Notes: generated from the letters alone by a model not told the origin. A stretch of DNA of 64,000 bases from an uncultured bacterium (GCA_963727525.1 CAVSGO010000007.1:1248001-1312000); one strand, 5' to 3'; counted from the first letter of the stretch, positions 28,710-38,905 are shown. Numbers and translations: made by a program.

Positions 28710-29313
28710 GATCGACCGCCGGTGCCCCGCCCCGCGTGGCCTCGAGGATGGCGCACAGGGCGTGGATCATCGCGATGTGGATCTCCTGGATGCGCGGCGT
28801 ATGGTCGCTCGGCGCCACCACGGAGCCGTCGAGCAGCGGCATGAGCTTGCCGCCGTCACGCCCGAGCAGGCCGTGCACGCGCAGTCCGAGGCGGCGGGCC
28901 ATGGCGACGGCCTCTAGGCAGTTCGGCGAGTTCCCGCTGGTGGAGATCACGAGCAGCACGTCCTCGGGCTTGCCCAGAGCCTGCACCTGGCGCGCGAAGA
29001 CGTGGTCGAAACCGTAGTCGTTGGACACCGCCGTCAACGTGGAGGGATTCACGGTGAGCGCCACAGCCGCCCAGCCAGGCCGCTCGGTTTCGAATCGACC
29101 CACCAGCTCCGCCACGAGATGCTGGCTGTCGGCCGCGCTGCCGCCGTTTCCGCACACCATGAGCTTGCCGCCGCGAGACCAGGCGTCGAGGACGTCGTCG
29201 GCCAGCGCGACGAGCGCCACCTGATGGGCCGGGCCGAGGCGGTCGAGCGCGAGCCGCAGCCCCGCGAGCGTGCGCTGGTAGAGTTCGGCGGCGACGGACG
29301 GATTGGCGGTCAT
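28696..29313 (-). CDS. gmhA: D-sedoheptulose-7-phosphate isomerase
   Basis: GNGGSAADSQH, NDYGF, ISTSGNS, RIQEIH. Confidence 0.95.
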   Translation of the reverse strand: MTANPSVAAELYQRTLAGLRLALDRLGPAHQVALVALADDVLDAWSRGGKLMVCGNGGSAADSQHLVAELVGRFETERPGWAAVALTVNPSTLTAVSNDYGFDHVFARQVQALGKPEDVLLVISTSGNSPNCLEAVAMARRLGLRVHGLLGRDGGKLMPLLDGSVVAPSDHTPRIQEIHIAMIHALCAILEATRGGAPAVDRGDA

Positions 29314-30191
29314 GGCGCGTGCGTCCTTCCTCGTTCCTCGGTCTCGTCGGCGCGCAGCTGCGAGAGATAGCGCGCGACCGCATCCTGCCAGGTCGGCCGC
29401 GGCGGACAGCCTGCCGCCGACAGCCGCGTATCGTGCAGCACCGAGCAGGCCGGTCGGCGTGCCGGTGTGGGAAACTCCGCGGTCGTGCACGGCTGCACGC
29501 GTTGCGGATCGGCACCGAGTTGCCGGGCGATTTCGCGGGCGAACGCGCACCAGGTGGTGGTCCCACGATTCGTGGCATGGAACCGCCCGCGCGCGTCGCT
29601 CGTCGCGAGCCAGGCCAGCACCTCCGCGAGGTCGGTCGCATACGTGGGGCATCCGCGCTGGTCGTCGACCACCCGCAGCTGCGGCCGCTCGTCGAGCAAC
29701 CGGCGCACGGTGCGCACGAAGTTCACGGGCCCCGCGCCGAAGAGCCAGCTCGTGCGCACAATCTGCCACGACCCGGCCAGGTTCTCAACCGCTTCCTCGC
29801 CGCGAGCCTTGGTCAGGCCATAATGATTGACGGGATCGCGGGCATCGTCCTCGCAATAGCCATCGCGGGCCGTACCGGGAAACACGTAGTCCGTGCTGAT
29901 GTACGTGAGCACCGCCCCTTGCGCGGCGCAGGCTCGCGCGAGGTGGGCTGTGGCCTCCGCATTCGCACGCATCGCGAGGCCACATTCGCTCTCGGCGCGA
30001 TCGACGGCCGTGTAGGCCGCACAATGGATGACGTGCCGCGGCGCGTGCGCCCGCAGCAGGGCCGCCGACACGGCGGGGTCGCCGAGATCGCCGTCGGAGA
30101 GGTCGACGCCCACGACATCATGATCGCACGCCATACGTGCCACCACCGCCGTGCCAAGCATGCCGGCCGCACCGGTCACCAGGATCGTCAC
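29310..30191 (-). CDS. rfbD: dTDP-4-dehydrorhamnose reductase
   Basis: ILVTGAAGMLG, AAYTAVD, STDYVF, YGLTK, DQRGCPT. Confidence 0.95.
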   Translation of the reverse strand: MTILVTGAAGMLGTAVVARMACDHDVVGVDLSDGDLGDPAVSAALLRAHAPRHVIHCAAYTAVDRAESECGLAMRANAEATAHLARACAAQGAVLTYISTDYVFPGTARDGYCEDDARDPVNHYGLTKARGEEAVENLAGSWQIVRTSWLFGAGPVNFVRTVRRLLDERPQLRVVDDQRGCPTYATDLAEVLAWLATSDARGRFHATNRGTTTWCAFAREIARQLGADPQRVQPCTTAEFPTPARRPACSVLHDTRLSAAGCPPRPTWQDAVARYLSQLRADETEERGRTHAP

Positions 30192-30844
30192 GTCGCCTCG
30201 TCCTCCATCTCGTCGGACGCCGGCCGCATCGCACGCGCACTCTCGGCGCACAGCGACGTGGGAAAACCGCGCCCGGCGAGAAAGGCCGCCACACGCGTCT
30301 GGGCGCGCCAGTCCCGCCCCCGCGTGCGCGCCCAGCGCTGGCGAGCCGCCGTCCGCGCCAGGGCCCGCTCCAGTTCCGCCGGAAGCTGCGCGGCCACGAC
30401 CTCGTCGGCGAGCCCACCGGCGACACCCTTCTCCCGCAGCCGCGCCACGAGATACCGGCGGCCCACTGCGCGTGTACGCAGGGTATCACGGACCCACGCC
30501 TCGGCGTAACGACGATCGCTGTGGATGTCGCGGGCCTGCATGTCCGCCAGCACGGCATCCACGGCGGCGGGATCGAAATCCTCGGCCAGGAGCTTGTCGC
30601 GCAGACGCGCGACCGTCTGCAGGCGCCGGTCGAGAAACTGGAACAGTCGGCGCGCCACGCGCTTGCGTGACGCGGCCAGACGAAGCTCCGCCACCACGGA
30701 TGCGTCGAGGCGCTGCCCCACGGCCGGCAGGCCATCGGGCAGCGCCTCGCTCGCCACCTCGAGCACCTCGCCGCCATCGAGCGTGACCACCGCCATCGGC
30801 GGCAATCGATCGAGGCTCACGAGGGTGCGCTCGGTCTCGCTCAC
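30188..30844 (-). CDS. recX: Regulatory protein RecX
   Basis: Directly follows recA; LRDKL, SDRRYAEAW, LREKGV, FLAGRGF. Confidence 0.85.
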   Translation of the reverse strand: MSETERTLVSLDRLPPMAVVTLDGGEVLEVASEALPDGLPAVGQRLDASVVAELRLAASRKRVARRLFQFLDRRLQTVARLRDKLLAEDFDPAAVDAVLADMQARDIHSDRRYAEAWVRDTLRTRAVGRRYLVARLREKGVAGGLADEVVAAQLPAELERALARTAARQRWARTRGRDWRAQTRVAAFLAGRGFPTSLCAESARAMRPASDEMEDEAT

Positions 30845-30845
30845 C

Positions 30846-31949
<1,104 letters not shown>

Positions 31950-32103
31950 GGCTTCCTGCTCCTGTGCAACTGGTTGTGGGAGATTCGCTTGCGGAATCAA
32001 ACTGACCCATGCCGGCTTCACCGGCACCGATGGCAACTGACCACCGGCCAGCAAGATAGCACGAGCGCGAGGGGGGAGGCAAGGCTTTTGCTAAATTTTC
32101 GCC

Positions 32104-32673
32104 TCACGCCACCGGAGGCGGGCCCAGAGGGAACACGGCGACGTCCGCGTACCGTGCCCCGGAGGGCCGCAGTGTGCTGCGCACGAGGCGGACCTCGGCG
32201 ACCGGTTGCGGCGGCCACGTGCCGGGATCGATCCCGGCGAGAGCAGCCGACGCCTCGGCTTCGAGCGGCGCCTTGAACCGCGCGAGCGTCAGGTGCGGAC
32301 GGAAGACCTTGCGGTCCTGCGGCCCCTCGGGCCAGGTCGCCTCCACCCTCGCGCGCACCGCCGTGGCAAGGCCGGCCAGCGCCTCGCCCCCGTCCATCTG
32401 CAAGAAGAGCACCCGCGGCGTCCGCAGGTTCGGAAATGCACCCAGTTCGCCCGGCCGCAGGAGGAAGCCCGGATGCCGCGGCGCTTCGTCGGACAGGGCA
32501 AGCGCCAGGGATTCCGCCCGCTCGGCGGGCCACTCGCCCAGGAACGCGAGCGTGAGGTGCCACGTTTCCCGCCTGGTCCAGGCCGCGGGCACACGGGGCC
32601 GCCACCTGTCGAGCCACGTGTCCAGGTCGTGCGTGAACCGTTCCGTGGGGTTGACGGCGACGAAGAGCCTCAC
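32104..32673 (-). CDS. thpR: RNA 2',3'-cyclic phosphodiesterase (2H family, LigT)
   Basis: RLFVAV and two HxT motifs (HLTL, PHLTLAR). Confidence 0.92.
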   Translation of the reverse strand: MRLFVAVNPTERFTHDLDTWLDRWRPRVPAAWTRRETWHLTLAFLGEWPAERAESLALALSDEAPRHPGFLLRPGELGAFPNLRTPRVLFLQMDGGEALAGLATAVRARVEATWPEGPQDRKVFRPHLTLARFKAPLEAEASAALAGIDPGTWPPQPVAEVRLVRSTLRPSGARYADVAVFPLGPPPVA

Positions 32674-33941
32674 GCCAGCACGCCCCAGCTCAGCCGCGAC
32701 GGCGCGAAGACAGGTACGCCGTCGAGCGCGCGCCGCAGGGTATCGAGGGCCGCCGCGACGGCGAGGCCGCGGTTGCGCTCGCGCGTCGCCGGGAAACGGT
32801 AACGTCCCACGAGCACGTCCGCGGGCGTGGCCAGCGCGATCCAGGTTGTACCCACCGGCTTATCGGCGGAGCCGCCTTCAGGCCCCGCGATGCCGGTGAT
32901 CGCGAGCGCATAGTCGGTGCCCAGACGAGCGCGCGCCCCCACCGCCATCGCCCCGGCCACTTCGCGACTCACGGCTCCGTGGGTCGCGAGCATCGCGGCC
33001 GGCACGCCGAGCAGGTCCTGCTTGGCACTGTCGGCATAAGTGATCAGACCGCCGCGGAAGGCGTGCGAGCTGCCGGGCTCCTCGGTCAGCGCACCTCCGA
33101 GCAGCCCCCCGGTGCACGACTCGGCCACGGCCACCGTGGCACCGCGCGCCACGAGACGGTCGAGCACCACCCGCGGTAGGCTCACGGCATCCTCGGCGAA
33201 GACGCGGTCGCCGAGGATCGGCGCCAGTGCGGTCACCGCTGCCGCGAGCGCGATCTCCTGCCCGGGTGCAGCCGCCACGCGCACGTCCACGCCCCAGGGT
33301 CCGATCCACCACGACCAGGTGAGGCCCGGATGGGCACTACGCACCGGCTCGCACTCGCGCGCCAGGGCCAGCTCCGCCACCTGGGCCACCCGCCAGAGCC
33401 GCATCACCCGCGCCGCCGGCAGCACGCCGTGCGCGTGCAGGTGGGCGCGCACCAGGGGCAGCAGGCCGTCCAGTTCCGCGGGCACGCCGGGCAACAGCGC
33501 GACCCAGCGGTCGCGCAGCCGCCCGATCAGACCCGGCGCCGACCCCACCGGGTTGCCGAGGGGCGTCAGCCCGCGTGGCACCTGCGCCTGCTTCAACGTG
33601 TCGGGATACGCGGTGATGCCACGCGCCGCGAGACGCGCGATGAGAGCGTCGGCGGTGGTCGCGTCGGTCTCGAGGGGCACGCCGGCCCAGGCCGCCACCG
33701 CCTCGCGCGTGAGGTCGTCGGCCGTGGAACCGAGTCCGCCGGAAAGCATGACCACCGCATCGGGCGAGGTGCGATCCAGCGCCGCGACGATCGCCGCCTG
33801 CGCGTCGGGCACGACCTGGACATCGCGCACGGCGACGGCATGCTGGCCGAACGCGCGCTGCACGCGGGTGGAGTTGGTGTCGCTCGTGCGCCCTTCGAGC
33901 AGCTCGTCCCCCACCGCGATGAGATGCATACCGACCGCCAT
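32670..33941 (-). CDS. cinA: CinA / NMN deamidase (PncC) fusion
   Basis: GDELLEG, DTNS, GGLG, AESCTGG, ITGIAGP. Confidence 0.93.
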   Translation of the reverse strand: MAVGMHLIAVGDELLEGRTSDTNSTRVQRAFGQHAVAVRDVQVVPDAQAAIVAALDRTSPDAVVMLSGGLGSTADDLTREAVAAWAGVPLETDATTADALIARLAARGITAYPDTLKQAQVPRGLTPLGNPVGSAPGLIGRLRDRWVALLPGVPAELDGLLPLVRAHLHAHGVLPAARVMRLWRVAQVAELALARECEPVRSAHPGLTWSWWIGPWGVDVRVAAAPGQEIALAAAVTALAPILGDRVFAEDAVSLPRVVLDRLVARGATVAVAESCTGGLLGGALTEEPGSSHAFRGGLITYADSAKQDLLGVPAAMLATHGAVSREVAGAMAVGARARLGTDYALAITGIAGPEGGSADKPVGTTWIALATPADVLVGRYRFPATRERNRGLAVAAALDTLRRALDGVPVFAPSRLSWGVLA

Positions 33942-33943
33942 GG

Positions 33944-34420
33944 TCACACCCCCCATCCCAGCAGTCGCACGGTGACGTGCGTGGCGATGCATGCCAGCAC
34001 GCCGGCCCCGAGATCGTCAGCCATGATGCCGATGCCACCGCCGCCGCCGAGCTGTTCGAGCCGGCGCACGCCGAACGGCTTGGCGATGTCGAAGACGCGA
34101 AACCAGACGAGGCCCACGAGCCAGCCCCCGAGGTTGGTGGCCACCGCGAGGTAGGTCACGAGCATGCCCGCCACCTCGTCGATGACACAAAGGTGCGGAT
34201 CCTCCCCATGCTCGCGCTCGAGCGCCGAGGCGATCGGGATGCCCACCGCCGTCACCACCACGATGAGCGCGCCCTGGAGCCACAACGGCACCGGCCCCAG
34301 CCATCGCCACGCCGCGGCCCACAGTACGGTGACGACGAGACTCCCCGCCGTCGCCGGCGCCACGGGCGCATACCCGGCGCCCCCCACCGTCCCCAGCGCA
34401 TGCACCATGAACCGTCGCAT
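33944..34420 (-). CDS. pgpA: Phosphatidylglycerophosphatase A
   Basis: APATAGS, DPHLCVIDEVAG, FRVFDIAKP, GIMADD. Confidence 0.93.
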   Translation of the reverse strand: MRRFMVHALGTVGGAGYAPVAPATAGSLVVTVLWAAAWRWLGPVPLWLQGALIVVVTAVGIPIASALEREHGEDPHLCVIDEVAGMLVTYLAVATNLGGWLVGLVWFRVFDIAKPFGVRRLEQLGGGGGIGIMADDLGAGVLACIATHVTVRLLGWGV

Positions 34421-34465
34421 CGGAGATCTCTTTCGGATAGGCGCCGCAACTCGAATCCGGCGGGC

Positions 34466-34494
34466 AAGATACCGTGGACGCGGGGAGCGGTCAA
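34466..34494 (-). promoter_or_regulatory. sigma70-type promoter for pgpA-cinA-thpR
   Basis: TTGACC-N17-TATCTT. Confidence 0.65.
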
Positions 34495-34507
34495 ATCCAT
34501 GGTGCGG

Positions 34508-34594
34508 GTGAGAGGGGGTGTGTCGAGGGGCGGGCCGCATGTCCTCGCAGGGCCTGCGGAGTTGCGGCCCGCCCCTCGACACACCCCCTCTCAC
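34508..34594. repeat. Perfect 32-bp inverted repeat with a 23-nt loop (hairpin A)
   Basis: Arms 34508-34539 and 34563-34594 are exact reverse complements; loop TGTCCTCGCAGGGCCTGCGGAGT. Confidence 0.95.
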
Positions 34595-34690
34595 GCGACA
34601 TCGCACGACCGCTACCGCGACCACGGTGATCTCGAGAGCTGGCGGGGACGGACGCGGGTGTGACCCCCCGGGTTCCCTCACCCTCGACGC

Positions 34691-34775
34691 GCCGGGGTGT
34701 GACACACGAATGCCCGCTGAAAATCCGCAGGCTCTGCGAGGACATTCAGCGGGCATTCGTGTGTCACACCCCGGC
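34691..34775. repeat. Perfect 31-bp inverted repeat with a 23-nt loop (hairpin B)
   Basis: Arms 34691-34721 and 34745-34775 are exact reverse complements; the loop reverse complement TGTCCTCGCAGAGCCTGCGGATT is 21/23 identical to loop A. Confidence 0.95.
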
Positions 34776-34793
34776 ACCGCCGAGGCTGGGGAA

Positions 34794-35390
34794 CTAGACG
34801 CCTGCGGGCTGCGCCTGCAACTGCCGCAGCACCTGCTTGGCCACGCATTTCAGCGTGTCGAAGACGCCGACGCCCTTGAAGGCGACACCTTCGAAAAACT
34901 CATAGCCCTCGGGATTGAGCTCCTCGTTGAGCTCGGCCACCGGCAGCGCGTCGGGGACGTCGCGCTTGTTGAACTGGATCACGAAGGGCAGCTTGTCGAG
35001 GGCGAGGTTGTATTCCTTGAGGTTCTCGTGCAGGTTGAAGAGCGACTCGACGTTCGCGTCGAAACGCGCCTCGCTGCTGTCGGACACGAAGACCACGCCG
35101 TCGCAGCCGCGCAGGATGAGCTTGCGGCTGGCATTGTAATAGACCTGGCCAGGCACCGTGTAGAGATGGAAACGCGTCTTGAAGCCCTTCACCTCACCCA
35201 GCTCGAGCGGGAGAAAGTCGAAGAACAGTGTGCGGTCCATCTCGGTGGCCAGGCTGACCAGCTTGCCCTTCGTCTCGGGCGCGAGCTTGTCGTAGATATA
35301 CTGGATGTTCGTGGTCTTCCCGCCGAGACCAGGACCGTAGTAAACGATCTTGCAGTTGATCTCACGCGAAGAGTAGTTGATCAGCGACAC
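34794..35390 (-). CDS. mglA: MglA small Ras-like GTPase
   Basis: INCKIVYYGPGLGGKTTN, RTLFFDF, YTVPGQVYY, NKRD. Confidence 0.96.
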   Translation of the reverse strand: MSLINYSSREINCKIVYYGPGLGGKTTNIQYIYDKLAPETKGKLVSLATEMDRTLFFDFLPLELGEVKGFKTRFHLYTVPGQVYYNASRKLILRGCDGVVFVSDSSEARFDANVESLFNLHENLKEYNLALDKLPFVIQFNKRDVPDALPVAELNEELNPEGYEFFEGVAFKGVGVFDTLKCVAKQVLRQLQAQPAGV

Positions 35391-35429
35391 GTCCGAACCC
35401 CTTCCCTGCACCCGCCCCGCCAGGGCGGC

Positions 35430-35927
35430 TCAGTCCACGAACAGATTGTCGATCTCGGCCTCGACACCTTCGGAGAATTCCTTGTCGAAGGTATCGTACT
35501 CCTCGTTGCGGTACTTCAGCTTCCCGTAGAGACCATCGATCACCACGTTCAATTCCTCGACGGCCTTCTTCATGCGCAGGCGCACCAGCCCCAGCGTGGT
35601 CCGTTTGTCGTAGATCACGGCCAGCACGACGCCCCGGGCGATCTTGCCCAGGTACATACTGTCGTTGACGCCCTGGTGATAGAGCGAGCTGAAATCCTCC
35701 TCGCCGATGAGCTTGGCCAGCTGGAAGTTGGCCTCGAAATCGGCGGCGCACAGCGACGCGAAGCTGGTGATGTCGAACTGGGGCGTCTCACCGGTCTGCG
35801 CGATCATCTGGCCCGTGCGGTCGATCAACAGCACGTGCTTGGCGTCGCTGCTCTGCACGAGGGCGTCGAGCGCGTTGGTGATCGCCCAGTAGTCCTCTTC
35901 GAAGATCGCCCATTCGGCTCGTACCAT
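35430..35927 (-). CDS. mglB: MglB roadblock/LC7 protein (MglA GAP)
   Basis: LAKLIGE, SLYHQG, TTLGLVRLR, C-terminal EIDNLF. Confidence 0.93.
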   Translation of the reverse strand: MVRAEWAIFEEDYWAITNALDALVQSSDAKHVLLIDRTGQMIAQTGETPQFDITSFASLCAADFEANFQLAKLIGEEDFSSLYHQGVNDSMYLGKIARGVVLAVIYDKRTTLGLVRLRMKKAVEELNVVIDGLYGKLKYRNEEYDTFDKEFSEGVEAEIDNLFVD

Positions 35928-35987
35928 GGAAGCGACTCCCGGCCCTGACGGCCCGCAATTGTGGATCCAGCGTGACTCCGGGTAAGG

Positions 35988-36014
35988 ATATCGGCAGATG
36001 ACCTGACCGCTTGA
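35988..36014 (-). promoter_or_regulatory. sigma28 (FliA/WhiG)-type promoter upstream of mglB
   Basis: TCAAG-N14-GCCGATAT, 60 nt upstream of the mglB ATG. Confidence 0.6.
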
Positions 36015-36023
36015 GACCCGAAG

Positions 36024-36650
36024 TCACACCGATTGACGGTGGTGGAAGGCGCGCTGGAGCGTGGCCTCGTCAGTATAGGCCAGGGCGCCGCCCACCGGGA
36101 TCCCGGTAGCCAGGCGGCTGAGCTTCAGTTCCTGATCCTCGAGCAGGCGCTGGAGATACAGCGCCGTTGTCTCCCCCTCGACGCTGGTGTCCAGGGCCAG
36201 GATCACCTCGCGCACACCGTCGTCCGCCACCCGCTGGCGAAGGCGGCCGAATGGCAGGTCCTCCGCCCGCACGCCATCGAGGGGCGACAGCAACCCACCC
36301 AGAACGAAGTATCGGCCACGGAAGAAGGCGGCCTTCTCGAAGGGCAGGATGTCCACGGGCGACGACACCACGCATAGCAAGGCGCCGTCGCGCGCGGGCG
36401 AGGTGCAGATGGGGCAGGGATCCGCCTCGGTGATCGCACCGCAGCGACAGCAGCTGCGTACCTGCTGGCCGGCCGAGTCGACGGCTGCCACGAGTTGCCG
36501 CGCCGTCTCGCTGTCCTGCACGAGTTGCAGAGCGATGCGTGTCGCCGACTTGCGTCCCAGGCCGGGCAGGCTCTGCAGGCATCGTACCAGGCTCTCGAGA
36601 GCCGGCGACTGGAATTCGCCGCCATCGCGCTGGGCCCCACCGGTGGCCAT
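36024..36650 (-). CDS. recR: Recombination protein RecR
   Basis: LPGLGRKSATR, C4 zinc finger, YFVLGGLLSPLDG, EGETTA. Confidence 0.96.
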   Translation of the reverse strand: MATGGAQRDGGEFQSPALESLVRCLQSLPGLGRKSATRIALQLVQDSETARQLVAAVDSAGQQVRSCCRCGAITEADPCPICTSPARDGALLCVVSSPVDILPFEKAAFFRGRYFVLGGLLSPLDGVRAEDLPFGRLRQRVADDGVREVILALDTSVEGETTALYLQRLLEDQELKLSRLATGIPVGGALAYTDEATLQRAFHHRQSV

Positions 36651-36652
36651 GG

Positions 36653-36958
36653 CTACATGCCCGGAATGTTGAGACCGCCCGTGACCTGGCCCATCTCGGT
36701 CTGCGTCAGGGCATCCACCTTGCGCACGGCCTCGTTCATGGCCGAGACCACGAGGTCCTGCAGGAACTCGATGTCCCCGGGGTCGACGACCTGAGGCTGC
36801 AGTTCCACGCTCACGACCTCGTGCTTGCCGTTCATCGTCACCTTGACCTGGCCGCCACCGACCTCGGCCGTGACCGTCTTCCCAGCCAGCTCTTCCTGGA
36901 CCTTCGCCATCTTGGCCTGCATCTGCTGGGCCTGCTTCATCAGGGCACGGATATCCAT
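36653..36958 (-). CDS. ybaB: YbaB/EbfC nucleoid-associated protein
   Basis: MKQAQQMQ, GGGQVKVTMNG, LQDLVVSAMN. Confidence 0.96.
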   Translation of the reverse strand: MDIRALMKQAQQMQAKMAKVQEELAGKTVTAEVGGGQVKVTMNGKHEVVSVELQPQVVDPGDIEFLQDLVVSAMNEAVRKVDALTQTEMGQVTGGLNIPGM

Positions 36959-36993
36959 CTTTCCTCCTGCCGGCGCGTGTCAGGCGCGCGGGT

Positions 36994-38658
36994 TCATGTC
37001 TCGTCGCCGTGCTCGGACCAGTGGTCGCGTTCGCTCTCGGGCAGAGGCTCACCCTTCAGCAGGTCGACGAGAGCTCCGAGCTCACCATCTCGACGACACT
37101 CGTCGGCCAGTTCCTCGCGCGCCGTGGGCGCCACCTGGCGACGGATCGTCTCCTGCACCTTCTCCTGCTGCCGCACCTCCGCCCCGGCTGCTTCGAGCGA
37201 GAGCGAGACCTTGCGGCCGAGAAACGCGCCCAGCCGCTCCTCGAGGAGCGGGCGCTCGGCCTCGAGGTTCTTCATCACGAAAGCCTTGTCCGGCGCGAAA
37301 GCCACGGCCACGCGCCCCGTCGGCGCATCGAGGGAGGGCAGGCCCTCCATGAGGCAGGCGGCGATGCGCGGATGCGTGCGCATGAGTCCGTCGATGAACG
37401 CCGTCCACGCGCTCAGTGTGGCCGCGCCTCCGGCGGCGCTCGGTCCGGGCTTACCCGCCCGACGTGGCGCCGGGGCCGCCGACCGCCGTTCCAGCATTCC
37501 ACCCGAGTCCGCACCACCGACCACGCCCAGGGCCTGCATCCGCGCGACGAGATCGCTCAGTTCCACGCGCGAGTCCCAGAGCGCGAATTCCACCACGGCG
37601 GCCTCGAGGAGCAGGCGCGGCTGGGTGCTACGATGGATGCGATCGAAATGGACCGCCGCCCGATCGAGCATGGCGAGCAGGTCGGCCAGGGCGAAATGCT
37701 CGGCCTGCGCCTGGAGCCTGGCCACGGTATCGGCCGGATGATCCACGGCACTGGCGAGCTGCGGATCGGTGCGCAGAAGCAGGAGATCACGGAAGTCGGC
37801 GATCATGCCCTGCGCGAAGACGTCGAGGTCCTGGCCCGCCTGCGCGAGCCCATCCACAAGGCGCAATGCGCGCGCTGCGTCGCGCGTGACGAGAGCCTCG
37901 TTCAGTTCCAGGTAGAGCTCCGACCGCACGAGGCCGAACAGGGTGACGAGCGCCGCCTCGTCGATCGTCTCACCGCTGCTGGCGATGGCCTGGTCGAGCA
38001 GGCTGAGGCCGTCGCGCACGCTGCCCTCGGCCAGAGACACGAGCACGCGCAGGCCACTGTCTTCGAGCACCACCCCCTCGGCTGCGGCCACCTCGCGCAG
38101 GCGTGCACCCAGTTCCTGACGGCCGATCAACCGGAAGTCGAAGCGTTGGCAACGTGAAAGGATCGTACGTGGGATCTTGTTGGGCTCGGTGGTCGCGAAG
38201 AAGAAGAAGACGCGCGCCGGCGGCTCCTCGAGGATCTTCAGGAGCGCGTTGAACGCGCCCTTGGACAGCATGTGCACCTCGTCGATGATGAACACACGGC
38301 TGCCGCCCTCGCCCGGCGTGTACTGCGCCATGTCGCGCAGTTCGCGCACGTTGTCCACGCCGGTGTTCGACGCGGCGTCGATCTCCAGGACATCGAGATA
38401 GCCCCCCCGCGCGATGGCCAGGCAGGTCTCGCACGCGCCGCAGGGATCGCCATCGCTCACGTGGCGGCAGTTGAGGGCCTTGGCAAGGAGTCTGGCCACG
38501 GTGGTCTTGCCGCAGCCGCGCGGACCGCTGAACAGGTACGCGTGGCTCAGCTTGCCCTTGCGCATCGCGGCGCGCAGCGTGCCGGTGACGTGGTCCTGGC
38601 CCACGACCTGCGAAAAGGTCTCGGGCCGGTACTTGCGGGCGAGTGCGCGATAGGACAT
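36994..38658 (-). CDS. dnaX: DNA polymerase III gamma/tau
   Basis: LARKYRP, GPRGCGKTT, IDEVHMLS, ILSRCQ. Confidence 0.97.
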   Translation of the reverse strand: MSYRALARKYRPETFSQVVGQDHVTGTLRAAMRKGKLSHAYLFSGPRGCGKTTVARLLAKALNCRHVSDGDPCGACETCLAIARGGYLDVLEIDAASNTGVDNVRELRDMAQYTPGEGGSRVFIIDEVHMLSKGAFNALLKILEEPPARVFFFFATTEPNKIPRTILSRCQRFDFRLIGRQELGARLREVAAAEGVVLEDSGLRVLVSLAEGSVRDGLSLLDQAIASSGETIDEAALVTLFGLVRSELYLELNEALVTRDAARALRLVDGLAQAGQDLDVFAQGMIADFRDLLLLRTDPQLASAVDHPADTVARLQAQAEHFALADLLAMLDRAAVHFDRIHRSTQPRLLLEAAVVEFALWDSRVELSDLVARMQALGVVGGADSGGMLERRSAAPAPRRAGKPGPSAAGGAATLSAWTAFIDGLMRTHPRIAACLMEGLPSLDAPTGRVAVAFAPDKAFVMKNLEAERPLLEERLGAFLGRKVSLSLEAAGAEVRQQEKVQETIRRQVAPTAREELADECRRDGELGALVDLLKGEPLPESERDHWSEHGDET

Positions 38659-38708
38659 GCGGTGTAGCTCCCCAGCGGGAAGGGCAGACCGGAGCCGGGA
38701 GCAAAAAG

Positions 38709-38810
38709 GGAGGGCCAGGCTTACGACGCACACGCCGGAGGAAGCGTACCGTTGCTGCCTTCCGGCCCTGGCGGGATTGGCGCTCCGTCGTCACGCCGGG
38801 CCTGGCCCAT
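38709..38810 (-). ncRNA. ffs: Small (4.5S-type) SRP RNA
   Basis: Long hairpin GGGCCAGGC...GCCTGGCCC containing CCAGGGCCGGAAGGCAGCAAC (domain IV), upstream of dnaX. Confidence 0.9.
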
Positions 38811-38828
38811 CGGCGTCCCTGAACTCGG

Positions 38829-38905
38829 TGGTGGAGATGATGGGGCTCGAACCCACGACCTCCTCGTTGCGAACGAGGCGCTCTCCCAAGCTGAGCTACA
38901 TCCCC
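38829..38905 (-). tRNA. tRNA-Ala(CGC)
   Basis: GGGGATG acceptor with G3:U70; CCTCG-TT-CGC-AA-CGAGG; encoded CCA. Confidence 0.96.

Noticed and set aside
34508-34775. CRISPR array or integron attC interpretation of the hairpins
   Set aside because: There are no direct repeats with spacers, no cas or intI gene, and no RYYYAAC/GTTRRRY ends or extrahelical bases.
36994-38658. Programmed frameshift in dnaX
   Set aside because: No A-AAA-AAG or long T/A slippery run was seen.
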